Shown piece by piece: positions 20,418 to 29,893 of a DNA stretch of 64,000 nt. Below the pieces are notes generated by a model, which was given only the letters and a program-made list of their open reading frames with translations, searched no databases and had not been told where the DNA came from. The stretch is taken from the sequence record SRR20825019_354. One strand, written 5' to 3'. Made by a program: the position numbers and the translations under genes. Position 1 is the first letter of the stretch. The number at the start of each line of letters is the position of its first letter.

Positions 20418-20579
20418 TTGGGGTAATAAGTTTGCTATAAAATTAACTTAGATTATAATACAAACCATAATATTTAATGGCTTTAGAAAACATTTAACGC
20501 ATATAACTCAAATACAAAAAACTATCTTAAATTAATGGATAGTCCTATTGCTTAATTTAATACTTGTCTAACCAAATAT

Positions 20580-20609
20580 ACAGTTGAGTCCTTAAATTTT
20601 ACAACTGAG
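20580..20609 (+). promoter_or_regulatory. Candidate LytTR-type regulator binding site
   Basis: ACAGTTGAG-N12-ACAACTGAG direct repeat upstream of a TAAATTTA -7-like element (20643-20650). Confidence 0.5.
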
Positions 20610-20675
20610 TTATTTTAAATGTAACAATGAAAATGCAAACTATAAATTTACAGGTATAATTTAAAAAAACAACAC

Positions 20676-21092
20676 ATGAAAACTCTTGCATTTGCTATTG
20701 TATTACTAGTATTCGGAAACATTTGTTCTGCTCAAAACGAAACTACCAATTTAGAAGTTACTATTAACAACGTTAATAATGACAATGGTGTGGTTTTACT
20801 TGCGCTTCATATTGAAGACACTTTTATGAAATTAAAGCCTGTAAAAACTTTTCAAGCTAAGATTGTAGATGGTCACATTAAAGCTACGTTTACTAATATT
20901 GCTAAAGGTGAATATGCTGTTTTAGCTATTCATGATGAAAATGAAAATGGGACTATGGATTTTAATACAAACGGAATGCCTAAAGAAAGTTATGGCGCAT
21001 CTAACAACGACATGTCTTTTGGTCCTCCAGTTTGGTCAGATTCTAAGTTTATTGTTGGAGAAGAGAATCAATCAATTGCAATTCGATTTTAA
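20676..21092 (+). CDS. DUF2141 family secreted protein
   Basis: Signal peptide; GEYAV...HDENENG.MD...GMPKESYGASN...FGPP.W. Confidence 0.85.
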   Translation: MKTLAFAIVLLVFGNICSAQNETTNLEVTINNVNNDNGVVLLALHIEDTFMKLKPVKTFQAKIVDGHIKATFTNIAKGEYAVLAIHDENENGTMDFNTNGMPKESYGASNNDMSFGPPVWSDSKFIVGEENQSIAIRF

Positions 21093-21200
21093 ATTTGTTG
21101 AGATAATTGATTTATTTCTATAGAAAAACACCAATCTTAACATAGCTTTTCATAAGTATTATTGATAGCTTTCTTATTTTTGAAGTCTATAACAATCATT

Positions 21201-22139
21201 ATGACAATTACCCAACTTAATTATGTGCTTGCTGTTGCAGAACATCAGAACTTCACAAAAGCTGCACAAAAAGTATTTGTAACACAACCAACGTTGAGTA
21301 TGCAAATACAAAAGCTTGAAGATGAACTGGATATTCAAATTTTTGACAGAGGTAAAAAACCAATCGAATTAACCGATGTGGGAAGAAAGATCGTAGCTCA
21401 AGCTAGAAATATAGTTAATGAGAGTGATCGTATTAAAGATATAGTAGACCAACAAAAAGGTTACATTGGCGGCGAATTTAAAATTGGGGTAATTCCTACA
21501 ATTATGCCTACGCTATTACCTATGTTCCTTAGCAATTTTACTAAGAAATATCCTAAAGTGAAACTCTCTATTGAAGAGTTGCATACAGAAGCTATAATTG
21601 AGCAATTAAAAGAAGGACATATAGATGCTGCAATAGCTGCAACACCATTAGAAGATGAAGAAATTAAGGAACGAGTTTTATACTTTGAACCATTTGTAGG
21701 TTATGTTCCCAACAACCATAGATTACAGGGAAAAACTAAAATTGATCCTACAGATTTAGATGTTGAAGATATTTTGTTACTACAAGATGGTCATTGTTTT
21801 AAGGATGGTATTCTAAACCTATGTAAAATGGCAGATAGGTATGAGGAAGACCGTTTTAGCTTACAAAGCGGTAGTTTTGAGACGTTAATAAAACTTTCTA
21901 ATGAAGGTTTGGGTATGACGTTATTGCCTTACCTACATACTTTAGATTTAAGGGACCAAGACAAGTCTCATTTAAGAATGTTCACAGATCCTATTCCGGC
22001 TAGAGAGGTAAGTATTATATATCATAAGAGTGAACTTAAAATGCAAATAATTGAAGCATTACAATCTGTAATTGCAGGTGTTGTAAAAGGTGCAATTACA
22101 TTTCAAAATGTTCAGATAATAAGTCCTATATCTAAATAA
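21201..22139 (+). CDS. oxyR: Peroxide-sensing LysR regulator OxyR
   Basis: LysR HTH (FVTQPTLSMQIQKLE); redox Cys pair GHCFKDGILNLC; ATG at 21201 preferred over the upstream start in the ORF track. Confidence 0.85.
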   Translation: MTITQLNYVLAVAEHQNFTKAAQKVFVTQPTLSMQIQKLEDELDIQIFDRGKKPIELTDVGRKIVAQARNIVNESDRIKDIVDQQKGYIGGEFKIGVIPTIMPTLLPMFLSNFTKKYPKVKLSIEELHTEAIIEQLKEGHIDAAIAATPLEDEEIKERVLYFEPFVGYVPNNHRLQGKTKIDPTDLDVEDILLLQDGHCFKDGILNLCKMADRYEEDRFSLQSGSFETLIKLSNEGLGMTLLPYLHTLDLRDQDKSHLRMFTDPIPAREVSIIYHKSELKMQIIEALQSVIAGVVKGAITFQNVQIISPISK

Positions 22140-22162
22140 GATTTTGCTCTTTTATACAAAAT

Positions 22163-22192
22163 AAAAAATCCCGCATAATGCGGGATTTTTTT
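22163..22192. terminator. Bidirectional intrinsic terminator
   Basis: AAAAAATCCCGCAT-A-ATGCGGGATTTTTT. Confidence 0.85.
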
Positions 22193-22388
22193 ATGGTGTA
22201 AGATAGATCAAACACTGATTTAAATTTGGATTGTCCTTGGTAAGTCCTTCTATAAATAATTTTAATTCCTCAATCTCATGAGGTAATAGCCTTTTAATTG
22301 CCTTCTGAACTTCCTTGCAGAACAACTGTACATCAAAACTAACCTTATTAAGGATTGTTTTAGTGTATTCAAACATAGCTCTCGCCAT
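22191..22388 (-). CDS. Small hypothetical protein (65 aa)
   Basis: Fills the intergenic space, ends at a terminator; MFEYTKTILNKVSFD...FCKE. Confidence 0.7.
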   Translation of the reverse strand: MARAMFEYTKTILNKVSFDVQLFCKEVQKAIKRLLPHEIEELKLFIEGLTKDNPNLNQCLIYLTP

Positions 22389-22502
22389 AATACATTAGTT
22401 TTTAGTTAGGTAGGTAGTGGTTTTTTATAGGCGTCTTATTTAGATTACTTAAATATAGTACAAAAAAATTACATTGTAAACGATTGTTAATAAATTGAAT
22501 AC

Positions 22503-23306
22503 TTAAAATCTGTTGTCACCATCTATCAAGTTACCTAAACCACCAAGTATACTTCCTTCTCCTTTATCTTTACCGCCACCTTGTGGTGCTGCAGCCCATA
22601 CTCTACTTGCCAGCCTACTAAATGGTAAAGATTGTACATACACAGTTCCAGGACCTGTAAGTGTTGCAAAAAATAAACCTTCGCCACCAAATAATGAGTT
22701 TTTTATTCCGCCTACAAACTCGACATCGTAATTTACATCTTTAGTAAAGCCAATAATACAACCTGTATCTACCTTAAGAGTTTCTCCTGGCGCTAGTTCT
22801 TTTTGTGCAGTTGTTCCTCCTGCGTGGACAAAGGCCATACCATCACCTTCTAATTTTTGCATAATAAAACCTTCGCCACCAAAAAATCCTCTTCCTAGTT
22901 TTTTACTAAACTCCACTCCTACACTAACACCTTTAGCCGCACATAAGAATGCATCTTTCTGGCAAATAAATTTATTGCCAAAACGGCTAAGGTCTATAGG
23001 TAATATTTTTCCGGGATATGGAGATGCAAAACTTAAGCGTTTTTTTCCAGCAGTTTCTGCATGATAAAAAGCAGTCATAAAAAGACTTTCTCCAGTAAGT
23101 AGGCGCTTTCCTGCTCCCAAAATACTTTTTAAAAATCCTTTGTTTTGTTCAGAGCCATCACCGAAAATGGTATCCATTTTAATACCGCTATCCATCATCA
23201 TAAAACTACCGGCTTCTGCAATTACACCTTCTTGAGGGTCTAACTCTATTTCGACATATTGCATTTCTTCACCGTAAATATGGTAGTCTATTTCATGTGC
23301 ATTCAT
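22503..23306 (-). CDS. TIGR00266 / AIM24 family protein
   Basis: AEAG, TGESLF, CQKDAFLC, GGEGFIMQ, GPGTVYVQSLP. Confidence 0.9.
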   Translation of the reverse strand: MNAHEIDYHIYGEEMQYVEIELDPQEGVIAEAGSFMMMDSGIKMDTIFGDGSEQNKGFLKSILGAGKRLLTGESLFMTAFYHAETAGKKRLSFASPYPGKILPIDLSRFGNKFICQKDAFLCAAKGVSVGVEFSKKLGRGFFGGEGFIMQKLEGDGMAFVHAGGTTAQKELAPGETLKVDTGCIIGFTKDVNYDVEFVGGIKNSLFGGEGLFFATLTGPGTVYVQSLPFSRLASRVWAAAPQGGGKDKGEGSILGGLGNLIDGDNRF

Positions 23307-23413
23307 AATATGATTGTTTTTTGATTGATTACATTTATAAGTACGTAGCTTAAATAAAATGTTACAAAATATTTAGTCTCAAAGTTTTAATCTTAGTGAC
23401 ACTATGCTGGTTT

Positions 23414-23947
23414 CTAGCTTTTTCCTTCTCCTTTAAAATGCTGACTTTTATTTTTAAACAGTACATTAAACGTGGTAAGGCTTCCGTAAATTCTTGTAAT
23501 ATATTGTTGCAAGTCTACCTTATCTTGGTCATCTAAACCTTTATGGGCGTTAATCTTTTGTTCCATAACTCTCAGCCTATCTCTTAACAAGACTATTTTA
23601 TGAAAGAATGTACTAATAGGAATGTCTTTTGAGGACATTGTACGGTCTTCAGGATATAAGGTCATTGTACCTTTTTTATACTTGTCTGCAATAGGTACTA
23701 TTTCAGAAACATCACTATACTGTTTTAAAATAGACCTTAAGCTTCGTTCTACCTCGTAAAAACTTACAGTATCTAACTCGTCTTCTATAGCTTCAATTAC
23801 CTCAAAGTTATCATCTAACGGAATGGTCTCAACACCATCGTTTTGAAAAGTAACCCAATATTGAGATGCATCTACATTGGTAACAACACCAAAGCCTAAT
23901 TCTTCGTGATTAATTCTACTACCTATTCCTAAAATTTGTTTACTCAT
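23414..23947 (-). CDS. Conserved hypothetical protein
   Basis: 177-aa ORF; FFHKIV..RDRLRVMEQKIN...QQYITRIYGSLTTFN. Confidence 0.7.
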   Translation of the reverse strand: MSKQILGIGSRINHEELGFGVVTNVDASQYWVTFQNDGVETIPLDDNFEVIEAIEDELDTVSFYEVERSLRSILKQYSDVSEIVPIADKYKKGTMTLYPEDRTMSSKDIPISTFFHKIVLLRDRLRVMEQKINAHKGLDDQDKVDLQQYITRIYGSLTTFNVLFKNKSQHFKGEGKS

Positions 23948-23992
23948 TTGTCATTATCTTTAAGCTTCTAAAATACAGAAATTCTATAAGTC

Positions 23993-24982
23993 ATGCGAAA
24001 ATTCTTCAGTGTCTTACTCAAGTTTATAGGTATAATAATAGTCTTGCTAATTATTGGCTTTGCTATAATTTATGCGTTATACAATGAGCCACTTCCTAAG
24101 GGAAAAAGTGGAAAAGAGGCAGATGCATTAGCGTGTAAGGTTTTAAATGCTATAAATGAACCAGACTACCTGGAAGCTAGATACGTAGAGTGGAATTTTA
24201 GAAAAACATCCTATAAACTTGACAAAAGATCACAGTTAGCAATATGCACTTGGGAAGATTATAAAGTAAATCTTAATTTAATAGACACTTCACAAAGTAA
24301 TGTTTTTAAAAATGGCCTCACCATTCAAGGTGAAGAGCGTGAGAGTGCTATAAAAAGAGCACTAAAGCACTTTAATAACGATTCGTTTTGGGTGTTGGCA
24401 CCTTTTAAAATATTTGATAAAGGAACAAGCAGACAGGTTATTACATTAGATAACGGCAACAAAGCACTTTTAGTTACTTACACTTCTGGAGGTACAACAC
24501 CTGGCGACAGCTATCTTTGGATTTTAGATAATAATTACATACCTACTTCATTTAAAATGTGGGTAAGCATTATACCAATTGGTGGCTTAGAGGCAAATTG
24601 GAATAATTGGAGAACCACAAATAGCGGAGCTAAAATAGCTTCTAATCGTGAAATATTAGGATTAGAATTACCTCTTAGTGCTATAAAAATTTATAGCAAT
24701 CCTGAAGATGAATTGGTGGAAACTATTACTAGTAATCTTAAACTTAATACGCAGATTAAAGATATTATAATTACAAAACAGATGCGAAAAGATGCATTGC
24801 AAAGACATTATTCTAAAAATAAATTTGAAGCTGATATTAACTTTATAAGACCTGTACTTTCTGAGAACGATATTAATCGCTTTGCAGAAAATATTATGCT
24901 GTTAATGCAAACTAATGATAATGTAGAGCAATTTACATATAATGAAATCTTAAGGTTTAAGATGAGAGATTCTCTTTACTAA
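23993..24982 (+). CDS. Membrane-anchored hypothetical protein
   Basis: N-terminal TM segment; FNNDSFW, GGTTPGDSYLW. Confidence 0.7.
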   Translation: MRKFFSVLLKFIGIIIVLLIIGFAIIYALYNEPLPKGKSGKEADALACKVLNAINEPDYLEARYVEWNFRKTSYKLDKRSQLAICTWEDYKVNLNLIDTSQSNVFKNGLTIQGEERESAIKRALKHFNNDSFWVLAPFKIFDKGTSRQVITLDNGNKALLVTYTSGGTTPGDSYLWILDNNYIPTSFKMWVSIIPIGGLEANWNNWRTTNSGAKIASNREILGLELPLSAIKIYSNPEDELVETITSNLKLNTQIKDIIITKQMRKDALQRHYSKNKFEADINFIRPVLSENDINRFAENIMLLMQTNDNVEQFTYNEILRFKMRDSLY

Positions 24983-24991
24983 ATTTAATAT

Positions 24992-26365
24992 ATGAATATT
25001 ACCAACGTTGTAGACGCACAAAAGCAGTATTTTAAAACTGGAGCAACACTTCCTATTTCCTTCAGGTTAGCTGCATTAAAGAAGTTGCACAAAGAAATAA
25101 CTGATCAAGAAAACGCCATCTGTGAAGCGTTACACTTAGATTTTAAAAAGCCATATTTTGAAGCAGTAATTACTGAAACCTCTATCATACTAAAAGAGCT
25201 AGATGAATTTATAAGTAATTTAAAATCTTGGAGTAAAACAGAAAAGGTAACATCTTCCCTACTTAACTTTCCATCTTCAGCTTATATTTATAAAGAGCCA
25301 TATGGCAACACATTAGTTATCTCACCTTGGAATTATCCTTTTCAACTAGCCATTGCACCATTAATTGGTGCTGTTGCTGCGGGAAACACCGTTATCTTAA
25401 AGCCTAGCGAACTTACAACACATACTGCTAATATTCTTTCTAGTATTATAGCTAAAGTGTTTGATAAAGGGCACGTAACCGTTGTACAAGGCGATAAAGA
25501 TGTATCACAAGAATTACTTTCTAAAGTTTGGGATTATGTATTTTTTACTGGTAGTGTTAGAGTAGGAACTATTGTTGCTAAAGCTTGTGCAGAGCATTTA
25601 ACACCTGTCACTTTAGAGTTAGGTGGTAAAAATCCCTGCATAGTTCATGAAAGTGCTAAGATAGCAACGACAGCAAGGCGATTGGTTTGGGGTAAATTTA
25701 TTAACGCAGGCCAAACCTGTATTGCTCCAGACTATATATTAGTACATGCAAGTATTAAAAAAGTATTAGTTACGGCACTTAAAAAAGAAATTGAAGCGTT
25801 TTATGGCAGTGATCCAGAGCAATCTCCAGATTTTGCTAGAATTAGCCACAAAGGAAACTTTGAGCGACTTAGCAAGATGCTTAAAGACTCAAAACTAATT
25901 TGTGGTGGCACAACCAATGAAGAAGATTTATACATTAGCCCTACACTTTTAGATGAACCAGCATTAAACAGTAATGCTATGGAGACTGAAATTTTTGGGC
26001 CTATACTTCCTATTATATCTTATACTACAGAAGAAGATATACACAAGTATGTATCTCATTACCACAAACCCTTATCGTTTTATGTCTTTGCAGAACAAAA
26101 AGCTTTTGCTGATAAATTATTAAAAAAATATAGTTTTGGCGGTGGTGTTAAAAATGACAGCATTGTTCACTTTGTAAATAAAAATTTGCCCTTTGGAGGC
26201 GTTGGTCAAAGTGGTATGGGAGCTTATCACGGCAAGCGTTCTTTTGAAACATTTTCTCACAAAAAATCTGTAGTTAAAAGAGGAACTTGGATAGACATCC
26301 CTTTAAAATACGCACCTTACAAGAATAAATTAAAATGGATTAAAAGTGTATTAAAATGGACATAG
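24992..26365 (+). CDS. NAD(P)-dependent aldehyde dehydrogenase (class 3-like)
   Basis: PWNYP, FTGS, LELGGKNP, GQTCIAPD, EIFGP. Confidence 0.93.
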   Translation: MNITNVVDAQKQYFKTGATLPISFRLAALKKLHKEITDQENAICEALHLDFKKPYFEAVITETSIILKELDEFISNLKSWSKTEKVTSSLLNFPSSAYIYKEPYGNTLVISPWNYPFQLAIAPLIGAVAAGNTVILKPSELTTHTANILSSIIAKVFDKGHVTVVQGDKDVSQELLSKVWDYVFFTGSVRVGTIVAKACAEHLTPVTLELGGKNPCIVHESAKIATTARRLVWGKFINAGQTCIAPDYILVHASIKKVLVTALKKEIEAFYGSDPEQSPDFARISHKGNFERLSKMLKDSKLICGGTTNEEDLYISPTLLDEPALNSNAMETEIFGPILPIISYTTEEDIHKYVSHYHKPLSFYVFAEQKAFADKLLKKYSFGGGVKNDSIVHFVNKNLPFGGVGQSGMGAYHGKRSFETFSHKKSVVKRGTWIDIPLKYAPYKNKLKWIKSVLKWT

Positions 26366-26370
26366 GTAAG

Positions 26371-27225
26371 TTAAAAGTCTACAATTTGAAACTTTATCTT
26401 ACTACCTAAGGGCTTTTGAGCTAAGCAATTTAATCCATCTTCAGATACTTGCAATACTCTAGCGTAACCACCAGTAGTTTGACAATCTCTCATTAACACA
26501 ATTAGTTTTCCACTTGGTGTAAGCTGCACTGTTCCCGGTAAAACAGGTCCTGTTAAAATATCTGAAACAGAACATTGTATTGTTTCATCAAATTGATATG
26601 CCATTCTGTTACTTGTAGCACTTATAGTTAATTGATTAACTAAATGAGCTTTAACACTATCTGTTAGCAAATCAAACTCTACACCTTTATAAACGTTAAT
26701 AGTTGTTTCAGACAAATAAGATTCTTGAAACTTAACAGAAGATTGTTGCACAGTCTCCTGAGTGGTATAATCGTTATACTCTAACTCATCATTGTCACTT
26801 AACGTTGACAATTCACTAACAGGTTTATAAAAACTACGACTGCCTAAAAACTCTTTTGTTTTGAAACCATCTTTAATAGCCAAGTAAGTTCTAAACCCCA
26901 ATGTACATTTGCCAATTTTTAAGACATCATTCTTTTTTACTGAAATTACTTGATCTTGATTAAAACTCTTATCATTTACTTTAACGGTTGTTCTTGCTCC
27001 TGAAATTACAATTTGAGTTGGTGCGTTAAATGAAAAAGTAGCACCAGAAAAGGTTATTTCGATTACAGCATCTGTTGCTGTATTACCTAAAAGTAAGTTT
27101 GCAAATTGAGAAGAATATGTATCTAAAACACCACTTATTGGGACGCCTAAATGTGTAAAATTATAACGTCCTAAATCCTGAATAGAACTATAAATACCAG
27201 ATGAAATAACACTTAATTTAGCCAA
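26371..27225 (-). CDS. pxpC: 5-oxoprolinase subunit C
   Basis: IQDLGR, GVPISG, NRMAY, PGTVQ, DCQTTGGY; probable TTG start at 27225. Confidence 0.85.
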   Translation of the reverse strand: MAKLSVISSGIYSSIQDLGRYNFTHLGVPISGVLDTYSSQFANLLLGNTATDAVIEITFSGATFSFNAPTQIVISGARTTVKVNDKSFNQDQVISVKKNDVLKIGKCTLGFRTYLAIKDGFKTKEFLGSRSFYKPVSELSTLSDNDELEYNDYTTQETVQQSSVKFQESYLSETTINVYKGVEFDLLTDSVKAHLVNQLTISATSNRMAYQFDETIQCSVSDILTGPVLPGTVQLTPSGKLIVLMRDCQTTGGYARVLQVSEDGLNCLAQKPLGSKIKFQIVDF

Positions 27226-27949
27226 CTTTTTCTTTTTTAAGATTAAAATTATGCGTCTCAAAATCGTGTTTTATTTGATGATATTCATCTAAACTTACAC
27301 TGTAAAACTGTAATTTATCACCGATAGAAAACGGAGAAAAGTTTTGCCAATAATTCCCAAATATACTTATTGGGCAGTTTCCTATAATTTGCCAACCTCC
27401 AGGAGATTCTTGCGGATAAATTCCGGTTTGTTGTCCTGCAATGCCTACTGAACCCTTTAATACGTTTTGCCTAGGAGAAGATTTTCTAGGGCAATATAAA
27501 GAGCTGTCTAAATTTAGTAAGTAAGGAAAGCCTGGTAAAAAACCTAAAAAGTAAATCAAATACTCAGTAGAAGAATGTCGCTTAATAATTTCCTTAATAG
27601 ACAATTTTGTGTGTTCTGAAAGCTCTTCTAAATCTAGTCCAAAACTCTCATCATAACATACTGGCAACAATATCTTATGTTGTTGTGAGGCACCACTAAG
27701 CTTAGCTTCATTTATTAGCTCTAAAAGCGTATTTTTAAGACCATAGAACTTATCTATAGTTGATACGTAATTTACTAATAATGAGCTATATCCTAAATTT
27801 ATATAAAGTATAGATTTAAAATATTTTTCATTGATAATTTGCCTACATCTAACAAGCTTTTTAAGCAGGTTTTCATCTGCAGGTTGTTCAAAAGTAAGTA
27901 ATATTGAACGTTGAGAATACTGTTTTATAAGAATATTTTCAATGTCCAT
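27218..27949 (-). CDS. pxpB: 5-oxoprolinase subunit B
   Basis: LPVCY, GFLPGFPYL, GSVGIAG, YPQESPGGWQIIG. Confidence 0.9.
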   Translation of the reverse strand: MDIENILIKQYSQRSILLTFEQPADENLLKKLVRCRQIINEKYFKSILYINLGYSSLLVNYVSTIDKFYGLKNTLLELINEAKLSGASQQHKILLPVCYDESFGLDLEELSEHTKLSIKEIIKRHSSTEYLIYFLGFLPGFPYLLNLDSSLYCPRKSSPRQNVLKGSVGIAGQQTGIYPQESPGGWQIIGNCPISIFGNYWQNFSPFSIGDKLQFYSVSLDEYHQIKHDFETHNFNLKKEKVG

Positions 27950-28685
27950 AAGGTTCAATTTTAATTGAATTTTCTATTAGAAATTTATGCAAATCATCAA
28001 GTAACTTAACTGAGTTTTCAGTATCACTATGCATACAAAGCGTTTCAATTGTAATTGGAATAAATGAATCTTTTGACACTTCTACTCTATTGTACTTTAC
28101 AATTTGCAATACATGACGCAACACCTCTTCTTTCAATTTTAAAACTGCACCATCTAATTTTCTTGATTTTAAAGTATAATCTGTATTATAAGATCTATCT
28201 GCGAAACCTTCTGTAATCATATCAATTTTTCCCTTACCTATTTTTGATATGATAGATTCCGGTGCAACAAAAATTGGAATTTCAGAGTTAAACTCTTGGA
28301 CTGTTTCAATAATTAACTTTGCTATTGGCTCATCCACATTAGCATCATTGTAAAGTGCTCCGTGAGGTTTTATATGAGTTAATGGATAGTTATGAAAACT
28401 AGCAATATCATTTAATGTTTGGAGCTGATTTAGAAGAGAGTCTTTAAGGTCTTGTTTTGGCATGTCTTTAATTGATACCCGACCAAAATTTTGGTGATCT
28501 GGATAAGAAGGATGTGCTCCAATTTTAACCTGATGTTGCTTGGCCAAAACTACAGTAGAGTTCATAGTATCTATATTACCAAAATGACCTCCACATGCAA
28601 TACTGCAAGACGTAATTAATGGCATAAGTTTATGATCATACAAACCACCTTCTCCCAAGTCACAATTAATATCTATTGTTATCAT
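27939..28685 (-). CDS. pxpA: 5-oxoprolinase subunit A (LamB/YcsF family)
   Basis: DINCDLGE, ACGGHFG, GAHPSYPD, HIKPHGALY, EGFADR. Confidence 0.92.
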   Translation of the reverse strand: MITIDINCDLGEGGLYDHKLMPLITSCSIACGGHFGNIDTMNSTVVLAKQHQVKIGAHPSYPDHQNFGRVSIKDMPKQDLKDSLLNQLQTLNDIASFHNYPLTHIKPHGALYNDANVDEPIAKLIIETVQEFNSEIPIFVAPESIISKIGKGKIDMITEGFADRSYNTDYTLKSRKLDGAVLKLKEEVLRHVLQIVKYNRVEVSKDSFIPITIETLCMHSDTENSVKLLDDLHKFLIENSIKIEPYGH

Positions 28686-29893
28686 AACACCTCAATAACT
28701 TTAAGTATAGACTTAACTCCCAAAACAACAGTTAACCCTACTATTAATACCCCTAAAATATTCTGTAAAGTATTATTTCTATAAGATCCCAATAAAGATT
28801 TATTATTTACCAACCACAATAAGAGAATGGCTACCAACGGAAGCACTATACCATTGGTTATTTGTGCAAACTTTATAATTTCGATAGGATTTATCTTTAA
28901 TGACGAACAAAATATACCTGTAAGCAAAATAAACATCCAAACCAATCTAAATTTATAGGACGTTTGTGCTTTTTCCCAACCAAAACAACCTTTTGCTACG
29001 TAGGCTGCCGCAAGCGGTGCAGTAATTGCAGATGTTATACCTGCAGCAATTAAACCAATATTTACAACTAATGATGCAAAGCTAGAAAATAAAGGCGCTA
29101 GGCCTTCTGCTAAATCTGTCACTGCATTTACCTTTGTAAGTCCTGAAGATGCTGCGCAAATTAATATAGACATAGAAACCACGCCACCAACCAAGACGGC
29201 TACAATTAATTCTTTTCTAGCCCAAGAAAGCGATGTTGTGTCTTTCCATTTTTCTGAAACTAAAGAAGTGTGTAAAAAGATATTATAAGGTACTACAGTG
29301 GTGCCCAACAAAGCGACAACAGTTAAAATATTGTCTGAAGTTAAATTTGGCACTAAAAGCCCTTTTAAAACATCAATAAGATTAGGTCCTGTAATTACCA
29401 TAGCGATAATAAATGAAATACTCATAATTACCACCAACGCTATTAAGGTGCGCTCCAACAGCTTGTTATTTCCAAAATAAAGCAATACAAAAGCTATAAT
29501 ACCTATAAGTAAAGCTCCTTTATTTAAGCTATCTGAAACTAACGAAGGAAAAATACCTTGTAACCCTAGTGAAGCACCACTAATATTACCAGCCTCATAA
29601 GCTGCATTTCCTATTACTATTGCAGAAAAAATGAGGACTATAACAGGCCATTTTACATAAGGAGACTTGAGTTGATCTTTTATTACATCAGATAAACCAC
29701 GTTGCGTAACTATTCCTAACCGTGTAGTCATACTTTGTAGTATAATGCACGTGAAAATTGCTATTAACAAAGCCCATAATAATGAAAATCCAAAATTAAC
29801 ACCAGCCAATGTACATACTGTAATTGTGCCAGGACCAATAAATGCAGCGGTTAATACAACTGAAGGACCTATGTTATCTAGGAATTTTTTCAT
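28682..29893 (-). CDS. Nramp/YcsG-like membrane transporter
   Basis: AFIGPGT, multiple TM segments, LGTTVVPYN; ATG at 29893 overlaps the upstream stop (ATGA). Confidence 0.8.
   Translation of the reverse strand: MKKFLDNIGPSVVLTAAFIGPGTITVCTLAGVNFGFSLLWALLIAIFTCIILQSMTTRLGIVTQRGLSDVIKDQLKSPYVKWPVIVLIFSAIVIGNAAYEAGNISGASLGLQGIFPSLVSDSLNKGALLIGIIAFVLLYFGNNKLLERTLIALVVIMSISFIIAMVITGPNLIDVLKGLLVPNLTSDNILTVVALLGTTVVPYNIFLHTSLVSEKWKDTTSLSWARKELIVAVLVGGVVSMSILICAASSGLTKVNAVTDLAEGLAPLFSSFASLVVNIGLIAAGITSAITAPLAAAYVAKGCFGWEKAQTSYKFRLVWMFILLTGIFCSSLKINPIEIIKFAQITNGIVLPLVAILLLWLVNNKSLLGSYRNNTLQNILGVLIVGLTVVLGVKSILKVIEVL

Noticed and set aside
21100-21200. Possible OxyR operator (ATAG/CTAT-like words) upstream of oxyR
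   Set aside because: Spacing does not fit ATAG-N7-CTAT convincingly in such AT-rich DNA.
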